From NCBI RefSeq assembly GCF_030144855.1, contig NC_082719.1:49476001-49540000 (forward strand): DNA of 64,000 bases, written 5' to 3'. This document shows, piece after piece, positions 1-12,653 of the stretch; within the stretch, counting starts at the first letter, position 1; each line of letters starts with the position of its first letter. The DNA comes from Hypanus sabinus (Eukaryota). The translations under genes were made by a program, and so were the position numbers. The notes under the pieces were generated by a model. The model saw nothing but the letters and a program-made list of their open reading frames with translations, did not search any database and was not told the origin of the DNA.

Positions 1-490
1 ACATACATCTGGATGTTCTTTATTGATTACAGATCAGCATTCAAAAACATCATCCTCTCAAACTAGTCAATAAGCTTCAAGACCTTGGCTGCAATACCTC
101 CTTGTGCAAATGGATTCTCAATTTTCTCACTTGTAGACCCCAATCAATTTCGATAGGCAACATCTCCTCCACAGTCTTCTTCAACACAGGTGCCCTACCA
201 GACTGTGTGCTTAGCCTTCTGCTCTACTCACTTTATAACTGTGAGGCTAAGCACAGCTCCAATGCTACAGGTATATGCAAGGTTGAGGACAAAACAACTG
301 TCGGCTGAATCAAAGGTGGTGACAAATCAGAATATAGAGCAATATTAAAAATCTGGTTGAGTGTAGCCACAACAACCTCTCAATCACTGTTAGCAATCCC
401 AAGGAGATGATTATTGACTTTAGGAGAATGAAACTGGAAGTCTACGAGCCAGTTTTCATTGGGGGAAAATTAGAGGAGGGCCAGCAACTT
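1..490 (+). mobile_element. Rex1/Babar-type LINE reverse transcriptase fragment (decayed)
   Basis: Translates to ...FIDYRSAF..LVNKLQDLG.NTSLCKWILNFLTCRPQS..NTGALPDCVLS.LLYSLY..; same family as the copies at 7170-8360 and 58810-60740. Confidence 0.8.
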
Positions 491-1339
491 TTAGATGGGC
501 ATATGAATGTGAGGAAAATAGAAGGATATGAACATTGTGTATGCAGAAGAGATTAATTTAGCCATCTTATTATGATAAAAGCATTATTATAATATTCTGT
601 GTTATTTTTCTATGTTCTAACTCAGTTAATGAAACCCTTGGTGGCAGACCATTCATTGCATGAAAAGTATCAAAAGTTATATCCATAACATATACAATGG
701 TAAAGTGAAGGTATGGAACCAGCTGCCCACTTACACTAACAATAAGCAGTTTAGCAATGGCTTCACAAATAGTTATTTATAACTTAACTTACGAGGCCAG
801 TAGCATATGAGGTCTTTTTGTGCAAAAACCAAAGAACAGATGCCAGAGTGGTAACAAATTGTAAAGCCCTTCCAACCTAATCTAAATTTGTAAAAACTGG
901 CTACACTTACCAAAAATACCAATTGGGAGGATAACAGCACTTCATACATAAAATCAAGACACATCAAATAGAATGATTTTTCTGGGTAAGTCAGCAAAAG
1001 TAGCAGATAGGTAGCATCTGGTAGACAAATACAAGGCATTGAAACTAGGAATGTGAAACAGGTATCAATAGAACATGGACACTTGCAGACGACAAAAGAT
1101 ACAAGAGAGTATAAAAGATAGAGTAGTTACAAGGCATCAACAAGAGACAACGAAAACTTCAGTTGTTACATTGAGCATTGAGTTTTTTTTCCCAACTCAT
1201 GCAAGTCTACAATATTCACAGAAAATGTACTTCCAAAGAATGTAGTCCATTCCAATCTTAGGACACTAACCATTTGGATTTTTATAATAGATCAAAAACT
1301 TCTCATTCATTTTTACTGTTATGAGACTTTTGTAAACTG

Positions 1340-2835
1340 CAGGATGAAGGTCATCCAGAAGTTGTGCTCCACAATGATACAAACAACAAAGGCAGAAGGG
1401 TGACAAAGTCCTGTAGAGTGATAGCTGGGAGTTAGGTGCTAAGTTAAAGACTAGGACCTCCAGGATTTTGCTGTCAGGATTGCTATCTGTGTCATATGCT
1501 TGTGAGGTTAGAAATAGGAAGATAATATGGGTTAACGTGGAGCCTAGGAGATAGTATAGGGGAAGGTGGAACGTCTACAAATGGGATGGATTGCACCCAA
1601 TTTGGAGGGGGACTGATATTCTTGTGAGATTGCTGGTTCTGTTCCGTGAGGCTGGGGGATGTTGAACCAGAGTACCAGGGCAGATAGTGAAGTGGGTGCA
1701 GGTAAAGTACATTAAGCCTACACATAAAGACAGGAACCGAAAGGCTGAGCGTGGTGGGACTGTTGTTCTAAGTTGTATTGATCTTAATGCAACGAGTATT
1801 GTAGGTAAGATAGATGAGCTCACCACATGGATCAGCAAATGGAATTATGACATTATAACTATTAATGAGTCAGCTGCAGAAGGGGCAGGCCTGGCAGCTC
1901 AGTGTTCCAGAGTTCTGTTGTTTTAGACATGATACAGGGGAAGGTACTAAAGGGGAGGGGTGGCATTACTAGTCAGGGAAAATGTCACAGCAGTGCTCAG
2001 GCAAGACAGACTGGAGGGCTCATCTACTGAAGCTATAGGGGCAGATCTGAGGATTGGATGACCACTAAATAGTCAGCAGGATTTAGAGGAGCAAATTTGT
2101 AGAGAGATATTGTAGAAGGTTGTAAGAAAAATAAGATTGTAACTGGAGGCAATTTGAACTTTATACATATTGACAGATTTCCATTCTGTAAAAAGACAAC
2201 CTGGGAAAGTGTTAGTAAAATGTGTTCAGTAAAAAATTTTTAATTTATAGAGGTCCCAAGGAGGAAGAGTGCAACATTGTATCTCCTATTAAGGAATGAG
2301 ACAGAGCAGATGACAGAAGCATGTCACTTTGGATCTAGTGATCATAATTTCAATAGTTTATGGGCTGAAAAAATGGCAGACCAGATTTAATATAGACAAG
2401 TGTGAGATGCTGCATTTTGGGAGGACAAGCCAGAGAACGAGTTACAGTGAGCAGCAGGATACTAGGGAATGCAGCAGAAGAGAGAGATCTAGAATATAGA
2501 TCCATAACGTCTTGAAAGTGGTGTCACAGGTAGGTAGCAGCTTTCCATTTAGAAAGAGAAGTCATACATTAAGAGTGAAAAGTGAATTTTAAAGGGAACC
2601 TAAGGGGGATTCTCACTCAAGGTGGTGAAAGCGTGGAACAAGCTACCAGCAGAAGTGGTGGGATCAAGTTTGATTTCAACACTTAAGAGATGATTGGATA
2701 AGTATGTGGATGGGAGTCATATGGAGAGTTACAGTATGGTCCAGGTGCAGGTCATTGGGACTGAGCAGATAAACAGTACAGCATGGACCAGATGAGCTGT
2801 AGAGTCTGCTTTGTTCTGTAGTACTCTGACTCTAT
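1340..2835 (+). mobile_element. CR1 LINE, internally deleted (ORF1 end, endonuclease, RT 3' part, tail)
   Basis: APE endonuclease start LNATSIVGKIDEL..W..YDIITINES (1687-1926); DKCEMLHFG motif near 2395; CR1-like 3' end near 2760-2835. Confidence 0.8.
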
Positions 2836-3189
2836 TAAAATAAATATTCAAAACTGCCATTAAATTCACTCTTCTGTTCTCTGGATTACTGGTGTAGATT
2901 TTTCAATTTCCAGTTGAGTAACATAGTATCAACACAATCTTTGCCATTCTACGTATAGATCCAACTGTGTGTTGAATAATCCAGGAATAAAAGCTTTATT
3001 ACAAGGCTGCTGCTTTGCTTACAGAGATCGTCTGTCTTTAGCTTCACTAAAATTATGCAGGGTTTAGATAAGACTGATTCAACTAAATTATCTTTATGAA
3101 GGACACAAGATCAAGAAAAAGCAGCTTTTCTTTCAAGTTATCAATGTTGAGACCTTAAACAGTCACGTAATATCATAAGCAAAAATCAA

Positions 3190-3330
3190 AAAAATAGAAC
3201 TGCACATGCTTGAAATCTAAAATAAAAACAGAAAGTTTTAGAAATACCCAGCGGGTTAGGCAACATCTTTGTAAATGACTTAATGTTTCAGTATGGACAC
3301 TCTTCACCAGCATTTCTGTTTTGCAGTGTC
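3190..3330. mobile_element. Degenerate Penelope-type terminal fragment
   Basis: ctgcacatgcttgaaatctaaaataaaaacagaaag...ccagcatttctgtttt partial inverted arms, like the elements at 26768, 32800 and 49989. Confidence 0.45.
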
Positions 3331-3369
3331 TCAGAATAGAAGGACGTCAGAATAGAAAGATGGCACACT

Positions 3370-3850
3370 ATGAGTTAAAGTACAAAGCCAACATGAAGCA
3401 GCTTGATTTAATTCAGTAATGAATGGAAGTGAAAAAGACTTGTGATGTAATATTGTTTGAAGCTTAAAAGCATCAGGAAATTGCCAAGAAGCATTGACTG
3501 AGGGAGTGTCAAGTGAAATCCAAAATACATTGTTGCCTTGGAACGAGGATAATTGAATGCTGGAAGTGAGAAAGAGTTTACCTAAAATAAGACAATCTAT
3601 TCCTTCTACTCGGTTCAGGAGTTCACCAAATATGGAAGTAGTAATCAAATCTGGAGCAGCCAAGATTCAACAGAATTTAGTTAAGATTGCATCTTGTGCT
3701 GATATGTACATCTGCAATACAATCTTTTCAAAGGTACTCTGAACAATCAGCAAGTCAGTCCAACTAATCTACAAGATAAATTCTGAACATACAAAATTGA
3801 TCCAACGTGGAGTTCACTGACCAGAGGTCTCATTTACCACTCTTAATCCA
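3370..3850 (+). mobile_element. Ancient RTE-like LINE endonuclease remnant
   Basis: Frames give PKYIVALERG*LNAG (cf. GDFNA motif) and LVKIASCADMYICNTIF (cf. RTE L..F....L.I.NTFF); heavily decayed. Confidence 0.45.
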
Positions 3851-4579
3851 TAAGGTTCTTAATATAGTTAATTCCAGAAACTTCAACTTCTAAAAAAGGC
3901 AATGAGCCATGCTATGGCATTATGGTGCCCCATGACCAAAACTGGCAACCCCAGTACCTAAATAATCTGAGCCATGGAGACATCTGAACCCTAGAGAATG
4001 TATTGTAACAGTCGCTGACAATGCAATGTATTTGTCCCAAAAATTATTTAAAACCATTAAAACTGAAGGAGAAAAGAAAAAAGCCCACAACTATTAGAAA
4101 TGTTAAAGTACAATAACTTTGAAAAAGAAATTTACTCCATTATCTCCTAGACTGTAAACACCATTGCAGTTTATAGGATATCCGATCCAACTGTCTATTC
4201 TCCAGCATTTCGCTGAGGAATCCATGCAATGCTCTCAGATGATTCTTCCAATAAGTTGTAGATTTCCATATATCACAGTGTGAGTGGAAAGTCCTGGATT
4301 TCCATCAGCTGGAACAGTGTTCACCAAATTCACACATCCACTAATCTTCCTGAGTATTGATTCAAGGTACCATTGGTAGAAAGATTGGATGGTGGTTGTA
4401 GGGGAAAGGGTCTTAAAGTCCTTTCTTTACAGGCAGTTACCCTCATCCCTTTTTAAAAAGCATATGGATAAGCTTTCAATTTCAATATGCAGTGACCTGC
4501 AGGGATATAAACCAAGTGTTGGGAAGTGAGGTTACATTTCTGGAATAATTCTATAGAGCAAGGCAACCTGCTTCTGCAG

Positions 4580-4775
4580 TCAATCACAAGAGAAGCTCTC
4601 CCCACCATTAAGCACATCTACAGGGACAGGTGCCACAAGAAAGCAGCATCCATCAAGGACCTCCACCATTGAGACTATGCTCCTTTATCACTGTCACCAT
4701 TGGGAAAGAGATACAGGAGCCTTAGGTCCCACACTACCAGGTTCAGGAACAGCTATTAACCTTCAACCATCAGAA
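4580..4775 (+). mobile_element. Rex1/Babar LINE 3' ORF fragment
   Basis: KAASIKDLHH..LSPLGKRYRSLRSHTTRFRNSY C-terminal motif shared with other copies. Confidence 0.7.
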
Positions 4776-5149
4776 ATGAGTTGAACTTGATGGACCAATC
4801 AACCCCCTTCTATACCCTCTGGAAATAGTAAAACATACTCCAAACCCACCAGTCAGCTTTCTCTCTCTATGTGTGTGTTTTCTCCCTTTGCTGCTGGAAG
4901 TCAGTTTGCAACAAGCTGCTTTTCAATCTGTTTCCATTTCTGATGCATACTTCTTTGAATCATGCTTCTGTGTTTTTATTTGGCAGCACACACAAGACTG
5001 TCATTAAGTCACTATGGCTTTTCAGACACCTAATATTTAATGTTAAAATTCCAGAGGATAGCATGTAATTTAGATTGCATTGCTCATTTACTTATATTAA
5101 ATTATTTTATATTCACAGGTTTGTACTTGTACAAGATTCTCGGCAGCAT

Positions 5150-5760
5150 ACTCACTGTCCTGCATTTATTTTTTTTTACTTTTCAATTGGAGATCTAATT
5201 TCCTTTCAAAATTTACCAAGAAACCTGCTTCCATTGCCAACAGAAGCAATGCAGCCCAGATCACAACAACTCATAGTTAATGAAACACTTCTGCTCCTTT
5301 CCTCTCAGTTCTTTGTCAAGCATCTTCAGCTCTGGCAAAGTGGAAATGGTATCTGCTCACAGATTCTATAAAAGCATTCAGAATTTTCAACACCTACATT
5401 AAATCACTCCTTAACCTTCTATGCCCCAGGAAAATTAATCCCAGATTCACTACTTCTTCCCCGTAACTTATGTCCATTATCCTAGGTACAGTTCCAGTAA
5501 ATCCTCTCTGCACCTTCTCCAAGACATTCACAATCAGGTTATAATATGCTGTCCACAATGAAACATTAAACTCTAGCTAACACTTTAATCTATAAAGGTT
5601 TGGCATGACTTCTTTGCTTCTGTACTCTGTACAAAATCCTGCACATTTCTTTGCAATCTGTTTTATCAGCTTCATCACCCACCTTCAACTAACTGTAAAT
5701 GTGAACCCCAGCTGTTCTTCCATTCTTGCATCTTAATTGCAACAATATTAATTTTAATTC
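5150..5760 (-). mobile_element. Old CR1 LINE 3' fragment
   Basis: Reverse strand resembles the CR1 3' end (FPL...RVV..WN.L region). Confidence 0.55.
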
Positions 5761-6224
5761 ATTTAATACTGGTGACCTTGCACAGGATTACAGACCTAGC
5801 CTTAAAAAGAAAATGAAGTGATAATTTAAAATAAAGACAATCAGAAAAATTGTATCCAAGGACAATAACATGGTGAGGCATAAATAAATCTGTATTTCTA
5901 TTACTAGCTACCACCAGATTTAAATCCAAGTGTCCAGCCTTGGCTCAGTGATGCTCCTCTATAATCCACATCAGAAGCTTGCAGTTACAATCCTCCCTCT
6001 GGAATGAAAGGATTATAACCTTGGTTGTTATTTGAATGCTGGGAAATAAAAAATAATTAGTTTAACATAGACAATAATGAATGATAATGCCAAACATCTA
6101 AAAACAGACAATAAAGCACCAGAAAAAGTAAACTCAAAAAATATCATCTTTTATAAGCCTTTGAAGGAATAACAGGAAGAGATGATAAGGATAACAGCTT
6201 AAAAATAAAACTTTGATAATTCAA

Positions 6225-6410
6225 AATTACACAAATTGGAATCAGGCTGTTCAGCCCAACAAGCACTCATCCAAACTAATCCTACATTCCCAACAACATG
6301 TTTAAGATTCCACCACTCACTTGAACAACAGAGGCAATTTTCATTGGCTAATTGATCTACCTAGCCACAAATCCCTGAAGGGTGGGAATAAACAAGAGAA
6401 TTAAGTGAAA
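6225..6410 (-). mobile_element. Degenerate V-SINE-like SINE
   Basis: Reverse complement shows a tttattcccacc..gtagatcaattagccaatgaaaattgcc core and a CR1-like tail. Confidence 0.4.
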
Positions 6411-6899
6411 AACCAATTCATAGAATAATAGAATAATTCATAGAATAATAACCATAATAGAATCAACAAAAGACCATGTTCAACCAGTATGCAGAAGAGA
6501 ACCAACTATGCAAATACTAAAAGAAAGAAATAATAATTCTCATTAAGAAGTCAGGTGGAATTCATTCTGAAACATCAGCAAAGAGCAAGAATCTGCCAAA
6601 ATGATCATCATTGTTTTGTCCTGGAACTGTGTTTCTCATCAAAGCCTTCTTGCTCCACTAGGTGAACAAAGTCCCATGAGATTAGTTCAAATATGAGGAA
6701 TTGTCTCAGTTACACGGACAAAATACCTCTTTGAAATAACGTGTCTAAAATCAGGCTAACCAGTTAGTTGTTTATTTTTAAGCTTATGTGATGTGTGGCT
6801 GAGTATTCCATTTCTGTGCATGTGTACTTATACTGGACTTCTCAACTTGAGTTTTCACATTTCTACACTTTGACTGTGGCCGCGCTATCAGCAGGTATC

Positions 6900-7170
6900 A
6901 ATAAGATGTTTGAAAGTGGCATCACAGGTAGATAGAGTCATAAAGAGAGCTCTTGGCACATTGGTCCTCATAAATCAGGAATTGGGATGTTATGTTGAAG
7001 ATAATGGTGAGACCTGATTTGGAGTATTGTATGCAACACTGGTCACCTACCTACAGGAAAGGTATCAATAAGTTGAAAATGTAGAGAAAATTTGTAAGGA
7101 TGTTGCCAGGACAAGTTCAGCAAAGCATTGTGGGCCAAAGAGCCCGTATTGTGCTGTAGGTTTTCTACGT
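6900..7170 (+). mobile_element. CR1 LINE 3' fragment with deletion
   Basis: VRPDLEYCMQHWSPTYRK motif; tail ttgtgctgtaggttttctacgtttcta. Confidence 0.75.
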
Positions 7171-8360
7171 TTCTAAATTAAGCATTGTATCTCGAGAACA
7201 TGAGATGAAGAGTCCTTGAAAGTGAGTTAATAGGCTGTGGAAACATGTTAATGATGCACAAGTGAATTTGGGTGAAGTTATCCCAACAGGTTCAAGAGCC
7301 TGATGGTTGAGGCATGATGACTGCTCCTGAACCTGGCAGTGCAAGTACTGAGGCTGCTGTACCTTCACCCTGATGGCAGCAGGGCGAAGAGAGCATGCCC
7401 TGGATGGTGGGAGTCCCTGATGATGGATACTGCTTCCCTATGAGTTTTTGTTCGTATGTGCTCAATGGTGGTGAAGGATTTACTAATGATGAACTGGGCC
7501 AAATCCACCAGTTTTTGGGGGATTTTCCATTCAAGGGTGTTTCCATACCAGTCACATCTATAGAAGTTTGTCATAGATGTCATGCCAAATCTTTGCAAAC
7601 TCCTAAGGAAGCAGAGACACCACCTTGACTTCTTCATTATTGCACTTAGATGCTGGGCCCAGGACACATCCACCAAAAGAACAGCAACAAGGAATTTAAA
7701 GGTGCTGACCTTCTCCACCTCTGATTAGGACTGGCTCATAGACATTTGGTTTCCTTCTTCTGAAATAATCATCTCTTTAGTCTTGCTAACATTGAGTAAG
7801 AGATTGTTATGGCAATATTCAGCCAGACTTTCAAGATCCCTCCTACATGCTGATTCATCACCACCTTTGATTCGGCCTAGGACTGTGGTGTGGTCAGCAA
7901 ACTGAAATACTGCATTGTAGCTGTGCTGAGGCACACACCCAGAAGGGTAAAGTGAGTAGAGTGAAGGGTGCGAAGGGCTGAAGAGACAGTATTGTTGTGC
8001 ACCTGTGCTGATGAAACTTGTGCAAATGCTATTGTTAATCCAAACTGATTGGGGTCTGCAAATGAGAAAATTAAGGGTTCAGCTGCATAAGGAGATATTG
8101 AGGCCAAGATCTTGGAGCTTAGTGATTAGTTTTCAGGGGTTGACAGTATTGAATGCTGAGCTGTAGTCGATAACTAGCATCCTGATGTATGCATCTTTGC
8201 TGTGCAGATGTTCCATGATTGAGTGAAGAGCCAATGAGATGGTACCTGTTGGGGACCTGTTGCTCCGTTTGGCAAATTGGAACGGATCTAAGTTACTTCT
8301 CAAGCAGGAGTTGATCACCAATCTCTCAAAACACTTCATCACTCTGGATGTAAGTCACCC
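7170..8360 (-). mobile_element. Rex1/Babar LINE (RT to C-terminus, frameshifted)
   Basis: ORFs MKCFERLV..LDPFQFA..NRS..IDYSSAFNT, FADHTTV, FKFL..WAQH..LRSL.RFG, HHPGHALFALLPSG. Confidence 0.9.
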
Positions 8361-8509
8361 TATATTTACCACATTACAAACTTACATGGGAGTATGGATA
8401 AAAATAGCTTCTACAGATTGGAGGCATGGGGAAGGGGGTGATGCAAACACAATCATTGTGTTTTTAATATATTAAACTATACCCTATGTGAGGAGAAATT
8501 TGGGGAAAC

Positions 8510-8650
8510 ACAGCAGCGTCACAGAGTGTAATAAAATGACACCACCAGTGACCAAGCTTAAATTCTGCCGTTATATGTAAATAGTTTTTGTATTCTCCCC
8601 GTGACCGCATTGATTTCCTCTGGGTACTCTGGTTTCCTTCCATCCCAAAA
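8510..8650 (+). mobile_element. V-SINE-like SINE fragment
   Basis: ttctccccgtgaccgcattgatttcctctgggtactctggtttccttccatcccaaa V-domain-like motif. Confidence 0.65.
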
Positions 8651-9789
8651 ATTCATATCAGCTCTCTCATTAGAATTTTTCAGCTGCTTTTGATAAGAAT
8701 GTGGCACCTGAGGGCATGTATAAATTATGTTTGCCTAAAACTAAAATAAAAACAAGAACCCATCAGTAAACCTATGATTTAAGCTTGTAATTGGGGAATT
8801 AAATTTCAATTTAGATAAATGGAGGTTGATGAAAAAAATTAAAGCAATCAGTCCTTCGAAATATCGCAAGGAGCAACAAAGGCATGCATGTCTCAACACA
8901 AATCAATAAAAGTTGCATAACAGATTAATTAAAGTGAAAATCAATTATAATAGAACAGGATTAAAAATCTGAATAGAAACTTAACTGCTGTACATTTGAA
9001 TTCAAATTGTGTATAATTGAAGTTCAGCTTACACTTGCACATGGTGCATTGTCCTGGTCTCCATTCATCAGCTCCCAGTTTATCAGTGCTTTAATTTAAA
9101 ATCCGTATCCTTTTTTATGAATTTCATGACCTCAACCCTTCCTCCTCTAACCTTTTCCAACCCTACAGCACTCAGATCTCCATGCCCTTCAATTCTGGCA
9201 GCTTACATTTTCCCATTTGCAGGTCCTCCCCAACTTATGAATGTACAATGTATATCCTGGATATAGCATTGAGCATATGGCACACTGGCAGGTTAGATTA
9301 GCTTCTGCAGGGTACAGACATGTGGGAACTCAGTTCAATTTCACATTTCCAACTTGCAAACTGTTCAAGTTATGAACAGCTCTCATGAATGTAACCCTGT
9401 CATGACCTGCAGAGGATCTATAAATTGCCCCATCACCAGTACGTACTCCATCTGCTACTTTAATGGCAGACTCTGGAAATCCTTACCTAGATCTGTTTCC
9501 TTCTTTAAAATGCTCTTCAAAACCTCTAACCATCTGGCACAAAATCTCCCAGCGTAGCCCAGTGTAAAAGTCTAATGAGATTTTGTGACTTTCAGGTCAT
9601 GATGGAATTGTCATACACATAGAATTAAATGAGCCAAATGCTAGAGTGCATAGCTACCTGCTCCCAGTGTAATGATCACACTGAATAATTGACATTATCT
9701 AGTACTAGGTCTCCCTTCAATTCTCCTTGCTCTAGTCTTCTACTGCTTTATATAACTGAAATCCATCAATCCTAGTATGAAAAATATGG

Positions 9790-10161
9790 AAAATTATGTT
9801 GGAAGTCCTCCAGTTGCCTTAGTAAGGATAACTCTAAAGACATTTTGATCCAAACATTTGACTGTGGCATCAAGGAGCCCTGGATCAACTGAAGTCAATG
9901 GGCAGAAGAGTAAAAATCACTCCAATGGTGGGATCATAACTCCCATAAAGAAAGATTAATCTGGCTGTTCAGACATTCCTATCAGACCTAATTTATCAAT
10001 GCAATTCACCTACCTTCCTTCAGAAGTAGAAATGCTCACAGATATTTCACAATGCTTTCACAAATTAAGTAGTCTATATCTACATGCAAGAACAAGGCAG
10101 CATTGAAGCATGGACTGTCACGTGACAAGCAAATTTCAGGCCACATAACCGTGGAGAAATG
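9790..10161 (+). mobile_element. Old CR1/L2-group LINE RT fragment, left part (continues at 12891-13430 and 14530-14620)
   Basis: tttgactgtggcatcaaggagccctg (FD.VWH.G motif); the sequence reads through across the Gypsy insertion site (…aatg|tccatctcc…). Confidence 0.6.
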
Positions 10162-10367
10162 TGTTAAGTTTTGTAACTTCAAAATATTAAGTTAATTCAA
10201 AGGAAAACAAGAGAGCCAAAGATGTGAGTCATAGTTTATTCTTTAAACAAGGCATGTACACATCATGAGGCAGCATCATGATGTATGCAATTCACTTATT
10301 TTTACATATAACAAAAAAAGCTTAATCAACGTATTCACAATATTACTGAAATATTAAATACACAACA
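10162..10367 (-). repeat. 3' LTR of Gypsy element
   Basis: tgttaagttttgtaacttc...aaatacacaaca, directly repeated at 12654-12890. Confidence 0.9.
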
Positions 10368-10694
10368 CTCCTCCCAGCATAGCTATGAACCCAGATCAAC
10401 AGAGAATGCACATCAACTCTATACATAGTATATTACATAACACAACTACTATATACAAACATCCATAGCGTAGTAAATTTTTTAAATGTCCCATTCAGGC
10501 TTAAAGACTTAATCACTTGTGGAGGATTTCTTACTCGTGTGATCATGTCCTTCCTGACTGGGCGGGGGGAGGTGTCACTCTGCTTGGCAGCTGGGTCTTG
10601 TGGCCATGAAAACAATTCCAGAATCCAAAGCCTCCTCTGTGGTGGTCGTAGTTGACCCGGAGACTGCAGGGAATGGCTCTGACAGCTCTGGACA

Positions 10695-11220
10695 CCTTCA
10701 TTCTCCTTCCTTTTTCTTCTTCTAGTTTGTGCATCTTAATATTGGGAAGGTGCATTTAGCTCACTGGAGTATTCTCTTATTAATCCTTCTATTGCTCCTT
10801 TTACAACACCATCCGATGAACTCTCTGTTTTCATATCTCCATTGACTCCTTTCTTTTTGGCCTTCAATTCATGAAGCTGGGCCTTAGTCTTTGTATCAAA
10901 TTTTACAAGAAGCTTTTTGTCCTTAATTTGAAGTTCATGCAATAACGTTAATACACACAGGGTATACTCTGGTTCTTTATACTCACAAAAGCCGAATGCT
11001 TGCATCTTCCCTGAAGCTCTTTGAACTCTCCTCCAAATTAAAATCAAGCCATATTTCACAAGTAACTGCCTGATTAATGTGTCAGAAGCTTTCTCAGGTA
11101 TGTTGCTGACAAAAGCTGTTGTAGTTGGACCACTGCTTTCGTCACTTTCTCTAGGCAGCATGGTCTTACCTTGGTCCAATGCACTTTCCAACAAGAAACA
11201 GAGGATAGAACCAAAACCAG
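10695..11220 (-). pseudogene. RBM25: Intronless RBM25 fragment (N-terminal RRM and following region), captured retrocopy
   Basis: GPTTTAFVSNIPEKASDTLIRQLL.KYGL...W.RVQ.ASGK.QAFGFCEYKEPE.TL..L.LLHELQI.DKKLLVK.D.KTKAQL.E.KAKKK...KGAIEGLIREYSSELNAPSQ matches vertebrate RBM25; frameshifts upstream, stop after NAPSQY, ~14-codon deletion relative to the human sequence as recalled. Confidence 0.92.
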
Positions 11221-12653
11221 TTTGCCCTTTGGTGTGCAATAGTTCAGTTCATGGTGTACAGCATAGAGACAGTAGTGGCATCATCCAGTATCTTTCTTTA
11301 TTCACATTTAGTTGCCTTTATCACATCGGATGCAAATAGTGACAGGATCCCCAATTGAGTTGTAACTGTCTCAATCACTCCTCTATAATGCTGGCCCTCC
11401 TGTTTTTACCACATACAAGCTCAATGTGGTTTGTTGGTTGATGTAGCTCACTGTTACAAACATCAACCCCACAGGAGTTCACTTTTCTCCAGTATAAGTT
11501 CTTAGTTGGATGTTTACAGACTTCAGTCCTGTATCATTGAAATGCCATTCAAACTCATTTTGTGGAATGATTGAAATAGCAGAACCAATATCCATTTCCA
11601 TCTTAATTAATATGCCAAATACTTATGGTGTAAGCCATATTGCTTTGTCTATTGCTAGTCTTACAATTACACGGTCCTGTCATTCTCATCATATTCAGAT
11701 TTTTCATCAACAGCATGCAGATGTGCTCTTTTTGAAACTGCAACTTGACTTTTTTTTTTATCTTTTTCTCCTCTCTGCAGTCCATTTATTTTTGTCTGCT
11801 TGACACACTCTTTTATCTGTCCTACTTTGTTGCATTTTCCACAAGTTTCACCTTTACATCCGCATTGGTCTGGTTTATGTGAGCCCTGCCACAACGATAC
11901 TAGAATTTGTTTGTCCAGGCTGATTTCTGTTTAGACGTTATGTTCACGCTCATTTTCATTCCTGACTGCAACAATGTCTGCTGTTTCTGTTGATACAGCA
12001 ATTTCAACTGCTCTTTTAAATGTATATTATGCTTCTGCTAGAAGTTGTTTTAAAATGTTTTATTGTAAGATTCCACAAACTAAGCAATCTCAGTACATCA
12101 TTAAGCCCATCATGAAAATGACATGATCAGGCAATCTCCTCAATTCCACTACATACGCTGAAATTAACTTCCTTTTGATTCCACTTATGAAATCTACAGC
12201 ATTCTGCAATCAACAAATGCTTGGGTTATAGATGTTCCTGCATTACTCTTACAACATCAACAAAGTTCATTTTGGCTGGTTTGAGTGGAGCAGTCACACT
12301 TCTAAGCAAACTGAATGCCTTTAAACCTAATGCACTCAGCAAAATTGGTATGTTTCTCATTGCCCATTTAATTTACTTCAAAATATTGTTCAATTAGCTC
12401 AGTATACACAAGCCAATTATCCATTGAGCAACTGAATATTTCAATCTTTCTGATGTAGCTAGCCATTTTTGCTTTTATGATTATCACCCAGTACCCACTG
12501 TTTATGAACTCATGAATTCTTCCATCTTCTGCCTTATTTTTTTTTAAACTCAATAGTCTCTGCTTGTGCTGTGCTGCATTTTTTTTTACTCCAACGTCTT
12601 GCTACATGGTCGGTAACCATCTCAGGTTCATTTTTAAAATACCTTAACTGCAC

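Noticed and set aside
909-981. Possible next phase-1 exon (EKSFYLMCLDF...)
   Set aside because: Open frame and GTAAGT donor, but a poor acceptor and a peptide with no recognisable features.
5935-6005. tRNA gene (TGGCTCAGTG A-box-like)
   Set aside because: No intact B-box or cloverleaf; a decayed tRNA-derived SINE head at best.
10543-10755. HKLEEEKG in a shifted frame as a second, downstream RBM25 segment
   Set aside because: The main frame past the stop (D..TRRRKRKE) already matches the contiguous RBM25 sequence, so no jump is needed.
10736-11239. RBM25 as the functional resident gene
   Set aside because: Intronless fragment, premature stop, frameshifts upstream, embedded between LTRs.
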